64,000 bases of DNA from Arenicellales bacterium (GTDB lineage: Bacteria; Pseudomonadota; Gammaproteobacteria; Arenicellales; Poriferihabitantaceae). The position numbers and the translations under genes are program-made. Positions within the stretch are counted from its first letter, which is position 1. Each line of letters begins with the position of its first letter. Positions 22,501 to 31,160 of this stretch are shown here, one piece after another. The notes under the pieces are model-generated. The model was given only the letters and a program-made list of their open reading frames with translations. It was not told the DNA's origin and did not search any database. The stretch lies in contig OY843749.1 in NCBI GenBank assembly GCA_963693025.1, positions 438,935 through 502,934 on the forward strand. The letters run 5' to 3'.

Positions 22501-25500
22501 CGATGCCTTCATACGACTCACCCGTGGCGGTGGCGGCGCCGGAAATCGCGTGCGTAATCGTCTGCGTGAGGTCGCCGTCGTCAATCACGTCGCCGACAGT
22601 GCCCACCGTGACCATTTGCGCCATCGCCCAGTTGGTGGCGTCAAAAACCAGCGCCGCCGGCGTGAATGTCAAATCCGCCGCGCCAGTGCCCGGTCCGTGC
22701 GCCGGCGTCACCGTCACCAACCCGCGCGGGTCGCTCGCCAGCACAATAGTATAAGTATCCGTCTCGCCACCTTCGTCAATCCGCAAATTATCCACCCCCC
22801 CCACCAAAACCCCCGGCGTGTCGTTGGTAATCGTCACTTCAACCGGCGGGATGGTTTCGCTGTTGTAATCGCCGCCGGAGACGCTGTGGGTGACCATCAG
22901 CGTTACATGCTCAAGGCTGTCGTCGCGCCCCGGCGCGGCGGTGATGCTCACGGTCTGGCGCACATTCCAGTTGGCGTCGGTGAAGGTCAGCGCGTCCGGC
23001 AGCGTCAATTCGCCGCTCAAACTCGCGCTCGGGGTAATCACCACATCCGCCGCCGGCAGGCTGTTCAAGACGATGGTGTAGATTAGGCTGCTGGCGCTGT
23101 CGCCTTCCAGCACGCTCTTGTCGTCCGCGGTGAACAACGCCCCGCCGGCAATCACATCGGCGACATCGTCATCCGCCACCGTCACCGCCACCGAGCCGAC
23201 GCTGGCGCCGTTGTAATCATCCCCCGCGCTCACCGCGGTGTGGCTGATGTTCGCCGAATCGTCGTTGTTGGCGCCGCCCTCGCCGGTGTCTCTGGCGGTG
23301 TCGTGCGCGGCGGCAACGGTGACCACTTGCGGCGTGTTCCAGGTGGCGTCGGTGAACACCAACGCGCCGCTCGGTGTCAGCGTCAGGTCGCTGTCGTCCG
23401 GCGCCACCGCCGGCGTGATGGTCACATCCTCCGACGGAATATCGCCCAACATCACGGTGTAGGTCGTGAATTCGCCCTCGTCCACGCTCAGCGCGCTCGC
23501 CGAGACCAGCACGCCGACCACATCGTCGTCGACCACGGTGACGGTGAACTGCTGTTCGCCGATGTCGTCGTCGGCGTAGTTGGTGGCGCTGTGGGTGACG
23601 GTGAAGGTGCGGTCAGCCTCGCCGCCCTCGCCGTTGTCAAGTGCCGTTACCCCCACCGTTTGCGTCACTTGCCAGTTGTCGGCGGTGAACCGCACCTCGG
23701 GAATGGTCAGGTAGCCGCCCGCCAGCGGGGTGGCGGCGACATAGACGGGGGTGATGGTGGCAACGCCGTCGGGAATGCCGAGCAGTTCCACGGTGTAAGT
23801 CGGGCTCGCCCCGCCTTCGTTCACCCGCAGCGGCTCAGTGGAAATCACCACATTGGGGTCGTTGTTGTAAATCGTGACCGCCACATCCGCCGTCGTGGCG
23901 TCAAAGGCGGAACCGTAGCGCAATGCTCGGGGGTCGGTTGTCGGTATGGTTATCGGCTCGTCTATACCAATCACCTGACCGGCGCTCGTCGCGTGATCCT
24001 CGGGGAAGACGTCGGTTACGCCGTCGGCGAACGCCAGCGTGCGAATGCCGCCGGACAATTCGTGGGTGATGGAGACGGTGTCCGACCTGCGCGTGTCTTC
24101 GTCATTATCCGCGCTCACCACGGACACCGTCTGCGGCGTGTTCCAAGTGGCGGCGGTGAAGGTCAGGGCGGCGGTTGAGGGGTGCACGCTCAGCCGCGAG
24201 TCGGGGTCGTTTGTCGTACTCGGCGTGACGATGACCGCGCCGGCGCTGTCTAACGGGGGCTGTACGCTGAAGCCCGGTATGCCGTGGGGCGGCACGCCGG
24301 TGAGCGAGACGGTGTAGGTGCCGGCGCCGCCTTCGTTGATGGTGATGCCGGACGCCGAGACGGTGATGCCTTGCTCCTCAAGCGGGTCGTCATCCGCGAT
24401 AGGCATCGCAAAAACCGCAGGAGCGGCGCCGTAATACTCTCTTCTTCCGGGTACTGTACTTGAGCCAGTCGGCTCGTATCGAATTTGATAGTACGAATCG
24501 GCGCTGTTGGCGTCTTGAGCCGTCGTGATGGACCTCGACACCGGGATGTGCCAGTTGTCGGGGCTAAAGATTAAGTTCGAGCCTACAGTAAAGTTGCGGG
24601 CGAAAGTATTCTCATTCGCCTCATGGTACCGGTTGAGATTCCGCTGGTTGGTATTGAACTGGCTAATTATCACGTTGTCGAGCAACGGTCTCGCCCCCAG
24701 CCGGACGGTGTGGTGGGAGACGCCGCCTTCGGTGACGGTCAAGCGCGCGGGCTCAATGACGATGCGCGGCTGACCCACCACCGTCACGGTGATGGCGGGG
24801 ACTGGCAAGCCGTCGTAGGTGCCGTAGCCGGCGACCGTGTGCGTAATCGTGGCGATGTCGTCGATGGTGTCCTCGCCGGCGGCGGTGGCGGTCACCGGTT
24901 GCGGCGTGTTCCAGTTGGCGGCGGTGAACACCAGCGTGCCGTCGGCGTTGCCGGTGTTCAGCGTGACGGCGGCGGGGTTGTCGTTCGCCGGCGTGACCGT
25001 CACCTCGCCGCGCGGCTGGGTGGCGAGCGCGACGGTGTACGCGCCGGTCGTGCTGGCAATCACATTCAGGTTATTGTCCGGATTAAGCGCCAACGCGGCT
25101 TCGTCGTCGTCGGCGATGGAGGCCGTAATCGGCGCGACGGTTGCGTAGTCGCCGCCGCTGCCGCCGCCGCTGCTGGCGTAGGCGAGGGTGGTGGTGTCGT
25201 TGTCGTTGTCAAAGTCGTGCGCGGCGGACACGAGCACCGTTCGCGGCACATTCCAATCGGCGACGGTGAACTCCACCGTCGGCGGGTCAAGCGTGAGCGC
25301 GCCCGCCGCGCCCGCCGCGGGCAACCCGGTCGGCGTCAGCGTCACCGTGCCGGTCGGCACGCTCTTCATCTCAAGGACAACCGTGGCAGGGTCGCCGCCC
25401 TCGTTCAGGGTGAAGGCGCCGGTGTTCGAGAAAATCAGTTCGTCGTTGTTGAGAACCGTCAGCGGAATCGAATCCGCGGACAGCGCGCCGTAACCGGCGA

Positions 25501-27460
25501 TGTCGCCGCCGCCGGGAGTGTTGGTAATGGTGCGAAGTTCGGTGTCAAACCCGCCGTTGTTCTCGCCGGCGGTGAGGCTGACGGTCTGCGGCGTGTTCCA
25601 GTTGGTGGTGGTGAAGGTCAAGGTGGCGGGGGCGAGCGTGACCGGCACAAAGGGGTTGGTGGCCGCCGCGCTGAGCGTCGGAGTGATGACCACGTTGCTA
25701 CCGGGCACGCTGTTCAGTTGCGCGGTGTAGAAGGCGGAGCCGCCCTCGGTCAGCAGCAGGGTTTGCTCGGAGAAGCGCATCGCGGCGCGGTCGTTATCCA
25801 GAATCGTGATGGTGACGACGCCGGGGTCGGAGAACCCGGGACCGCTGGCGAGGCTCGGCGTGAGGCGGAATGACAAGTCTGCGGTGCCCATGCCGCCGTC
25901 GATGGTGGACACGGACACGCACTGCGGCGTCCCGACGGCGGTCAACGGCGGCAACGTCCCGCCGGTCGCCATCGGGGCGGGCAACGTGTAATGGTCGCTG
26001 GTGGCGCCGTTGGTGAAACCGGCGTTGTCCGGCGTCAGCAGAATGTTCAAAGGGCTCGTCGCGAGGTTAATGTCGGCGGGCGAGCGCACGACTTCCAAGC
26101 ACACATCCGTCGCGCTCCCTTCAGCGAGGCGAAGCGCGGTTGGCGTCGTGAAGCGCAGCAGCGGCGCTTCTTGAACCGTCAGCGTGAAATCCGCAGCCGG
26201 ACCCACGTCTTCCCCGAAACGCACGCGCTGCGAGATGACGACGCTGTCGGTGTCCCCGTCCTCATCCGGCAACGCCGTAACGGTAACCTGCTGCACCGTA
26301 TTCCAGTTGGCTTTGGTGAAGGTCAGCGTGTCGGGGGTGAGCCTGGCGAGGGTGTCGCCGTCGTCATCCATCGCGGCGCTGCCGGTGACGACCACGCTGC
26401 CGCCGGGTTGCAGCCAATCCGAGGCGAGGGCGACATCATAGGAGCCGCGCTGGTTTTCGCGCAAGGTCGCCGGGGTGCGGGCGATGGCGAGGACGGCGCC
26501 GATGCGGTCGTCGTCGATGATGTTGACGGTGAGGGTCTCGTTGACTATCGCGACATTCGCCACGGGATTTGACGGGTTGTTAAAGGAATTGATGGCTGTC
26601 AGCCGGACGGTAAACTGCTCGTTGCCCTCGGGGTAAGCGTCATTCTCGAGGCCCATACTTTGGACAACGGGGACAAAGTCGTTGCTGTGTTCTGCGTGGA
26701 GGCCGAATTGGAACGAACCGAGTCCGGATAAACCGTAGGCGTCAACGCCGCCGCCGCTCCCGCCGGCGTAGGTGGCGCTGCCGCTTATTCCCTGCGTGTT
26801 AAAGTAGAGGAAGTCGCCGCCGGTGTAACCGGGGGTTTCGTAGGTGACTCGGCGCATCGGCGGGTTCATTACTTGCACGCGTAAAGGGACCCCGGTGCCA
26901 ATATCATCGCCCTCGCCGAAAGTTGCTGTATCACCAGCATGGTCCCAGCGAAGAATCGGGCGCTCCGGCGCCAGCCCGCTCACCGCCGGACCGACGCTGA
27001 CCGAGGCGCCGCTCGCCGCGTGGGTGATGGTGAAGGGGTTGTCAATCGCATCGGCATCCACAATGCCGGTTACCGTGACCGACTGCGCGGTGTTGTAGTT
27101 GGCGGGGGTGAATGTCAGCGTCGCCGGCGAAATGGAAACCGCGCCGGCGCCGACGCTAATGGAAGGCGTAACCGTCACGTTGCCGCTGGGGGCGGTCTGC
27201 AACGTCACGCCATAACTGCCGGTCAGCCCTTCAACAACGAGATTCTGGGTTGTCGGGAAATTACCGTGAGTGTCCCGAGTAAACCCCGCCGAAATCACCA
27301 CCCCCCCCGCCGTCTGGGCGAAGGCGGTTTGCGCGGTGAAGGTGGCAAGAAGAAGGGCGGCAAGCAAAGCCAGCCACCGGCGGCGAGGGTCAAGGTCTGG
27401 ATTCATGGGGTCGTCTCGGGTCATGAGGTTGTGAGCCATTTCGGTTAGGGTAAATGCCAT
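19574..27460 (-). CDS. Giant autotransporter-type adhesin with tandem Ig/Calx-beta/cadherin-like repeats
   Basis: Signal peptide (RRRWLALLAALLLATFTAQTAFA); more than 10 repeats with YTVxLxxxPxxxVTVTP...LTFTxxNWNTPQTVTV and acidic DDD motifs; C-terminal beta-barrel-like region ending in F. Start may be 27406. Confidence 0.8.
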   Translation of the reverse strand: MAFTLTEMAHNLMTRDDPMNPDLDPRRRWLALLAALLLATFTAQTAFAQTAGGVVISAGFTRDTHGNFPTTQNLVVEGLTGSYGVTLQTAPSGNVTVTPSISVGAGAVSISPATLTFTPANYNTAQSVTVTGIVDADAIDNPFTITHAASGASVSVGPAVSGLAPERPILRWDHAGDTATFGEGDDIGTGVPLRVQVMNPPMRRVTYETPGYTGGDFLYFNTQGISGSATYAGGSGGGVDAYGLSGLGSFQFGLHAEHSNDFVPVVQSMGLENDAYPEGNEQFTVRLTAINSFNNPSNPVANVAIVNETLTVNIIDDDRIGAVLAIARTPATLRENQRGSYDVALASDWLQPGGSVVVTGSAAMDDDGDTLARLTPDTLTFTKANWNTVQQVTVTALPDEDGDTDSVVISQRVRFGEDVGPAADFTLTVQEAPLLRFTTPTALRLAEGSATDVCLEVVRSPADINLATSPLNILLTPDNAGFTNGATSDHYTLPAPMATGGTLPPLTAVGTPQCVSVSTIDGGMGTADLSFRLTPSLASGPGFSDPGVVTITILDNDRAAMRFSEQTLLLTEGGSAFYTAQLNSVPGSNVVITPTLSAAATNPFVPVTLAPATLTFTTTNWNTPQTVSLTAGENNGGFDTELRTITNTPGGGDIAGYGALSADSIPLTVLNNDELIFSNTGAFTLNEGGDPATVVLEMKSVPTGTVTLTPTGLPAAGAAGALTLDPPTVEFTVADWNVPRTVLVSAAHDFDNDNDTTTLAYASSGGGSGGDYATVAPITASIADDDEAALALNPDNNLNVIASTTGAYTVALATQPRGEVTVTPANDNPAAVTLNTGNADGTLVFTAANWNTPQPVTATAAGEDTIDDIATITHTVAGYGTYDGLPVPAITVTVVGQPRIVIEPARLTVTEGGVSHHTVRLGARPLLDNVIISQFNTNQRNLNRYHEANENTFARNFTVGSNLIFSPDNWHIPVSRSITTAQDANSADSYYQIRYEPTGSSTVPGRREYYGAAPAVFAMPIADDDPLEEQGITVSASGITINEGGAGTYTVSLTGVPPHGIPGFSVQPPLDSAGAVIVTPSTTNDPDSRLSVHPSTAALTFTAATWNTPQTVSVVSADNDEDTRRSDTVSITHELSGGIRTLAFADGVTDVFPEDHATSAGQVIGIDEPITIPTTDPRALRYGSAFDATTADVAVTIYNNDPNVVISTEPLRVNEGGASPTYTVELLGIPDGVATITPVYVAATPLAGGYLTIPEVRFTADNWQVTQTVGVTALDNGEGGEADRTFTVTHSATNYADDDIGEQQFTVTVVDDDVVGVLVSASALSVDEGEFTTYTVMLGDIPSEDVTITPAVAPDDSDLTLTPSGALVFTDATWNTPQVVTVAAAHDTARDTGEGGANNDDSANISHTAVSAGDDYNGASVGSVAVTVADDDVADVIAGGALFTADDKSVLEGDSASSLIYTIVLNSLPAADVVITPSASLSGELTLPDALTFTDANWNVRQTVSITAAPGRDDSLEHVTLMVTHSVSGGDYNSETIPPVEVTITNDTPGVLVGGVDNLRIDEGGETDTYTIVLASDPRGLVTVTPAHGPGTGAADLTFTPAALVFDATNWAMAQMVTVGTVGDVIDDGDLTQTITHAISGAATATGESYEGIDATQPAGPFNVTIIENDVAEILVLTEAGGPLPNSGLNIINADGTLIYGVALATQPAGDGTVVVSLTASQGEITPATLTFTAASQDDWLTRKLVTVTVAERQADDFTLQVRHTSSSDDAPEYAALSTSVGVGVASPRITSTRALSTGSGGGGSGTPADPRVVRPGETLTIELDINTHLEGNLTVAFEVVRMDGDTPTYLPTLNPSPVVFMPEANPTGANLPLGALDVVIPAGAAGDYEIRMTSLTGPGATVGGVPIPMPAGAFYTIRVPGPDLTFTPESITAAANFGEGTDMDYSVRLSELPTGDVTVMIASSNADNLMVSDATLTFSDSNWNQPVQVALMSPPDAPASTAGSFTIAHTASGANYGDVTKAFQVTVNQAGITFAPLGFSLNPGESKIYTIVLETPPSADVLVTPSTVPPDVVSVTLTPASALTFTAIAGNWSMPQTVTVTATADFTPDTYPDGIGLSHAVTGASNYADYFRNGVLTMPEFMVRPSPTAALDELNRVILPEIVRAMADQQTGAIARRIRQAKLGEGGGGGASLSFAGQSTLEGIAATQADAAVNTDGIDFQRALGGSEFVMPLSAAADGNGGFGVGAGGGGFGAGGLHNATFWGGGDHRELGGESGALDWEGTLFSVNLGFDARVRPDLLTGLLVTHSEADIEFAGGINGGGDYDLTHTGVNPYLGWSARDGRLDMWATAGFGSGEIEATFDNDPDESYKTDISTQMLGIGGSGTWFHFGKTEMRLKAEAFVTKTDVDKTDDYMAREVDANRLRFALEGNHKQTTATGGELNRNAEIGIRSDTGDGETGSGIEVGGGIQYTNQARGVTLSGNARALFGHSGEYDDWGISAHLNLSPGKDGQGLSLSLTPTYGNSSSRMSEVWDEGIRSSAGAGSSSSASTLGSGSTTADSKLEANLRANLSYGLTTHPITPYTQLTLGKTQSYRLGLKYQKTPHLNLNLYTNHQNNQGVWLKGEVEF

Positions 27461-27511
27461 TATGCTTGTCTCTGGTTGGGTTCGTCAATAGGGTGGGGGG
27501 GCAAAAAGCCT

Positions 27512-27706
27512 GTCATTCTCGAACGGTAGAAAATAGGGAGCCGATAGGCGACCATATTTTCTTCGATTCGGGAATCTCCCTAAGGCTAGCGTGGACTTTG
27601 GCGAAGACCGTGCCAATCTTAGGGAGATTCCCGAGGTCGTAAGTGTCCGTAAGCCGCCGCAAGAAGAAGCGCGGCGGCAAACGGTCACTAACGCTCGAGA
27701 ATGACG
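27512..27706. repeat. CGTC repeat dimer (arm B + inverted arm A)
   Basis: GTCATTCTCGAACGGTAGAAAATAGGGAGCCG ... ACGCTCGAGAATGACG. Confidence 0.93.
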
Positions 27707-27717
27707 AGTTGTGGCCG

Positions 27718-27852
27718 TCATTCTTCGCCGTGCGTGGCGGCATCCCGCTCGGATTCCTCTTCGCGCCGCGCGCCCAAATAAGCGCCGACCAACAACACGA
27801 CGACCAAAGGCACGACCGCCACCCATGTGGCGACGACTGCTGCGTTTATCAT
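27718..27852 (-). CDS. 44-aa single-TM peptide (paralog of 28918-29052)
   Basis: MINAAVVATWVAVVPLVVVLLVGAYLGARREEESERDAATHGEE; preceded by the conserved leader repeat; a frame-preserving paralog supports coding. Confidence 0.6.
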   Translation of the reverse strand: MINAAVVATWVAVVPLVVVLLVGAYLGARREEESERDAATHGEE

Positions 27853-27903
27853 TTTGGTTTCCGTGAGTGTTAAGAGGGTGATTTTACCTGATTGGCAAGC
27901 CAC

Positions 27904-28266
27904 TTATAAACCCGCCGTCCCAAACCCCACAATGGCCGCCAGTATCACCGCCAACGTCGGCACGACAAAAGTCAGCGTTAACTTCCAATGCCGGTCGCCG
28001 TTTTCTTTCACGGCGACGACGCTGTCTTTCAGGGCGAGGATGCTTTCTTTCAGGACGGCAATGTCTGTTTTTACCTCAGCGAATTCCGTCTTGGTCACCA
28101 TATCGGCGATATCCGCTTTGGTGACCATATCGGCAATATCCGCCTTAGTCACAATATCGCCCTGCCGCTCGGCAATGATGTGACTAATCACCTCAGCCTG
28201 TACGCGCTCCATACCCACCTCCTCCATCTTCTTGGCGGCGGTTAGCGTGTCAAAAGCAAGATTCAT
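27904..28266 (-). CDS. DUF1640/CCDC90-like membrane-anchored coiled-coil protein, paralog 1
   Basis: FDTLTAAKKMEEVG...QAE head, VTKADI beta-layer-type motifs, coiled coil, C-terminal TM. Confidence 0.75.
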   Translation of the reverse strand: MNLAFDTLTAAKKMEEVGMERVQAEVISHIIAERQGDIVTKADIADMVTKADIADMVTKTEFAEVKTDIAVLKESILALKDSVVAVKENGDRHWKLTLTFVVPTLAVILAAIVGFGTAGL

Positions 28267-28318
28267 CGGGTGTTCTCCGTGGGTGTTGAGGGGGTGATTT
28301 TACTTGATTGGCGGCGGC

Positions 28319-28822
28319 TTACACACCCGGTAATTTTATCAAAATCTGTATAATCGCCACCGTAGCCCCTACCATAGCCAGCAATATCGTCAGCATCGCC
28401 GGCATCAGAAAAAACAGTATTACCTTCTTCTGCCAGTCGCTACTTTCTTTCAGGGATTTGATGTCGCCTTTTAACTCAAACATGACTTCTTTCATATCAG
28501 CCATGACTGCTTTCATATCAGCCATGTCTGCTTTCATATCAGCCATGTCTGCTCTAAATTCCGCTCTGGTTATCAAATCAGCAATATCCGCCTTGGTTAG
28601 AAAATCAGCAATGTCCGCTTTGGTTATAAAATCAGCAATGTCCGCCTTGGTTACCATATCAGCGATATCCGCTTTGGTCACCATATCGGCGATATCCGCC
28701 TTAGTCACAAGACCGCCCTGCCTTTCAGCAATGATGTGACTAATCACCTCAGCCTGCACGCGCTCCATACCCACCTCCTCCATCTTCTTGGCGGCGGTGA
28801 GCGTGTCAAAAGCAAGATTCAT
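28319..28822 (-). CDS. DUF1640/CCDC90-like membrane-anchored coiled-coil protein, paralog 2
   Basis: Same head; five TKADIAD nonads plus ADMADMK-type heptads; different TM tail. Confidence 0.75.
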   Translation of the reverse strand: MNLAFDTLTAAKKMEEVGMERVQAEVISHIIAERQGGLVTKADIADMVTKADIADMVTKADIADFITKADIADFLTKADIADLITRAEFRADMADMKADMADMKAVMADMKEVMFELKGDIKSLKESSDWQKKVILFFLMPAMLTILLAMVGATVAIIQILIKLPGV

Positions 28823-28917
28823 TGGGTGGTTTCCGTGAGTGTTGAGGGGTTGATTTTACCTGATTGTGGTGGCGGCGGCAAACGGATACTAACGCTCGAG
28901 AGACGAGACTGTGGTGG

Positions 28918-29052
28918 TCATTCGTCGCCATGCGTGGCGGTGTCCTGCTCAGATTCCCCTTCCCGCCGAGCCCCCAAATAAGCGCCGACCAACAACACGA
29001 TGACCAGAGGGATTACTGCGACCCATGTGGCGACGACTGCTGCGGTTATCAT
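28918..29052 (-). CDS. 44-aa single-TM peptide (paralog of 27718-27852)
   Basis: Manual translation MITAAVVATWVAVIPLVIVLLVGAYLGARREGESEQDTATHGDE; ATG overlaps the upstream stop (ATGA). Confidence 0.6.
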   Translation of the reverse strand: MITAAVVATWVAVIPLVIVLLVGAYLGARREGESEQDTATHGDE

Positions 29053-29234
29053 AGTGGTTTCCTCGGGGTGATGCCGCTCGCTAACAAAAGCAGAATGCCG
29101 CCGGCGGCGATGAGCGCGGCGGCGCCGATGTTCCGATTACCAAAAGCCCCATCGAGAACCGCCGCGGTGATTATTGCAACGGCTACATGTGACGCGCCTC
29201 GGCGCACGAGTTCTAAATCGTAACCGATTTTCAT
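29049..29234 (-). CDS. Small two-TM hypothetical protein
   Basis: MKIGYDLELVRRGASHVAVAIITAAVLDG...AAALIAAGGILLLLASG; ATGA coupling to the downstream peptide. Confidence 0.5.
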   Translation of the reverse strand: MKIGYDLELVRRGASHVAVAIITAAVLDGAFGNRNIGAAALIAAGGILLLLASGITPRKPL

Positions 29235-29301
29235 GGGGGGGGAGTGTAGCATTTTAAGGGTTGTGGGGTGGGAAAGCCTAACGCTCGAGAATGACGAGTA
29301 A

Positions 29302-29496
29302 TCAATTCGACCCAACTTGCAAGCCATACATATAACCCACCCCCGCCGCCCAAAACGCCACAATCATCACCAGTATCAAAATCGATATCCATATCACGGC
29401 AACCAGGGTATAAAACAGCTGGTCAAGGTTTTTTTTCAAGGCGGCGATTTCGGTTTTCAAGGCGGCGAATTCGGCGTTGGGTTTGTCAGAATTCAT
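29302..29496 (-). CDS. Head-less short coiled-coil + TM member of the array
   Basis: MNSDKPNAEFAALKTEIAALKKNLDQ followed by a TM; preceded by the leader repeat. Confidence 0.55.
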   Translation of the reverse strand: MNSDKPNAEFAALKTEIAALKKNLDQLFYTLVAVIWISILILVMIVAFWAAGVGYMYGLQVGSN

Positions 29497-29549
29497 TGGG
29501 TGGTTTCCGTGAGTGTAAGACGCTTGATTTTACCTGATTTGCGGGCAAC

Positions 29550-29717
29550 TTATAAACCCGCCGACACCTTCATGGACGCCTGCCCCGCCAAAAACCCAAA
29601 CTGGTAAATAATCACCAGCCCAATCGACCACGCCAACATGCTCATAGCCAGCATTATCTTCCAATACCGGTCATGGCGCTTTTTCCACTCTTTGCTGTCG
29701 ATTTCTGTTTCAGTCAT
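29550..29717 (-). CDS. 55-aa TM tail-only member of the array
   Basis: Manual translation MTETEIDSKEWKKRHDRYWKIMLAMSMLAWSIGLVIIYQFGFLAGQASMKVSAGL; shares DRxWK and the AGL-stop tail with 27904-28266. Confidence 0.5.
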   Translation of the reverse strand: MTETEIDSKEWKKRHDRYWKIMLAMSMLAWSIGLVIIYQFGFLAGQASMKVSAGL

Positions 29718-29726
29718 GGCTTCTTT

Positions 29727-30200
29727 CTATGAACCCGCCGACGTCCCCGGAAGTTCAACCCCCAAAGCAATCGCCAATACCATCAGCAACAGCGGCACCA
29801 TAAAACCCATTGTTATCGTCCAATATGTTCTAACGTTTTGGCTCAAGGTTTTGATGTCGCCTTTTACCTCAGCGAATTTCTCAGCGAATTCCGCCTTGGT
29901 TACACAATTAGCGATGTCCGCCTTAAGGATAGCGATGTCCGCCTTGGTCGCCATATCAGCGATGTCCGCCTTGGTCGCCATATCAGCGATGTCCGCCTTA
30001 GTCGCCATATCAGCGATGTCCGCCTTGGTCGCCATATCAGCGATGTCCGCCTTGGTCGCCATATCAGCGATGTCCGCCTTAGTCACCAAATCACCCTGCC
30101 GCTCGGCAATGATATGACTAAGCACCTCAGCCTGTACGCGCTCTATACCAACCTCCTCCATCTTCTTGGCGGCGGTGAGCGTGTCAAAAGCAAGATTCAT
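29727..30200 (-). CDS. DUF1640/CCDC90-like membrane-anchored coiled-coil protein, paralog 3
   Basis: Same head; six TKADI units encoded by near-perfect 27-bp tandem repeats (~29930-30085); C-terminal TM. Confidence 0.75.
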   Translation of the reverse strand: MNLAFDTLTAAKKMEEVGIERVQAEVLSHIIAERQGDLVTKADIADMATKADIADMATKADIADMATKADIADMATKADIADMATKADIAILKADIANCVTKAEFAEKFAEVKGDIKTLSQNVRTYWTITMGFMVPLLLMVLAIALGVELPGTSAGS

Positions 30201-30384
30201 TGGGTGGTTTCCGTGAGTGTTGAGGGGGTGATTTTACCTGATTTGCGGCAAAAACAAGGGGATTTCGTGTACGTCCTTGCCGAACGGCGAAAATATACAT
30301 CATCGGAAGGCGGGTTGGCAAGGGTGGTGGAGGGGGGAATCGGGTGTTGTGTAGTCCCAACGCCGCCGACTCCGTCATTCCCCC

Positions 30385-31056
30385 CTACCCCCCCCGAACC
30401 TCCCTCAACCGCCCCTTCGTCCCAACATCCACCCACCGCCCACCATAAACCTCACCACTAACCCGCCGACCAACAATCCCCCGCCGAATAACCGAAACCA
30501 AAGGAAACCGCTCCGCCGCAAACCCATCAAACGCCCGGCGGCGAAAGCAGCCTATGCCGGCATAAGTCCAACTCGGCAACTCGCCCAACACAACCCCGCC
30601 ATCCACCAACCCAAAATCCCCTTCAGGATTATGCGGCGGGTTTTCCACCAGCACCAAATGCATATCGCAACCCGCCCCCACCCGCAGCCCGGCGAAGTCA
30701 AAGTCACAAAAAACATCCCCATTGATTACGATAAACGGCTCACTCAACAACCCCAACGCATTCACAACCCCGCCGCCCGTCTCCAACGCACCGTCCGGCT
30801 CTTCGGAATAACGCACGCGCAACCCGAACCGTTTGCCGTCTCCGAGGTGGTCGCGGATTTGTTCGCCTAGCCATGCGAGGTTGATGACGACTTCGGTGAA
30901 GCCTTGCGTTGCCAGCCGGTCTAGGTGGTGTTCCAGCAGGGTTTTTTTGCCTACTTGGAGTAGGGTTTTGGGGGTGGAGTCGGTTAGGGGGCGGAGGCGG
31001 TTTCCGCGTCCGGCGGCTAGGATTAAGGCGGTTGGCATTTTGATAGTACTCGTCAT
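30385..31056 (-). CDS. murU: N-acetylmuramate alpha-1-phosphate uridylyltransferase MurU
   Basis: ALILAAGRGNRLRPLTDSTPK, ALETGGG, LVLVENPPHNPEGDF, WVDVGT. Start is 31056 (inside the repeat) or 31038. Confidence 0.85.
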   Translation of the reverse strand: MTSTIKMPTALILAAGRGNRLRPLTDSTPKTLLQVGKKTLLEHHLDRLATQGFTEVVINLAWLGEQIRDHLGDGKRFGLRVRYSEEPDGALETGGGVVNALGLLSEPFIVINGDVFCDFDFAGLRVGAGCDMHLVLVENPPHNPEGDFGLVDGGVVLGELPSWTYAGIGCFRRRAFDGFAAERFPLVSVIRRGIVGRRVSGEVYGGRWVDVGTKGRLREVRGG

Positions 31057-31160
31057 TCTCGAGCGTTAGTGTCCGTTGTCGCCGCGCTTTTTCTTTTAAG
31101 CGGCGGCTTACCGGACACTTGCGTCCTCGGGAATCTCCCTAAGGTTGGCACGGACTTCAC
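31051..31160. repeat. Single CGTC repeat arm A between murU and lipB
   Basis: CGTCATTCTCGAGCGTTAG...TCGGGAATCTCCCTAAGGTTGGCACGG. Confidence 0.92.

Larger units (their letters stand above)
27850..30245 (-). repeat. Five copies of a ~45-bp promoter/leader direct repeat
   Basis: Minus-strand consensus AATCAGGTAAAATCACCCCCTCAACACTCACGGAAACCACCCA-ATG at ~27850-27893, 28264-28309, 28820-28865, 29494-29539 and 30198-30243; contains a TAAAAT -10-like hexamer. Confidence 0.85.

Noticed and set aside
27850..30245. Leader repeats as a CRISPR array or integron attC cassette array
   Set aside because: Intervals are 400-700 bp and coding; the repeats are not palindromic and lack attC R-box structure; no cas or integrase gene in the window.
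19574..30245. Diversity-generating retroelement acting on the adhesin or the array
   Set aside because: No reverse transcriptase and no template/variable repeat pair differing at adenines was seen.
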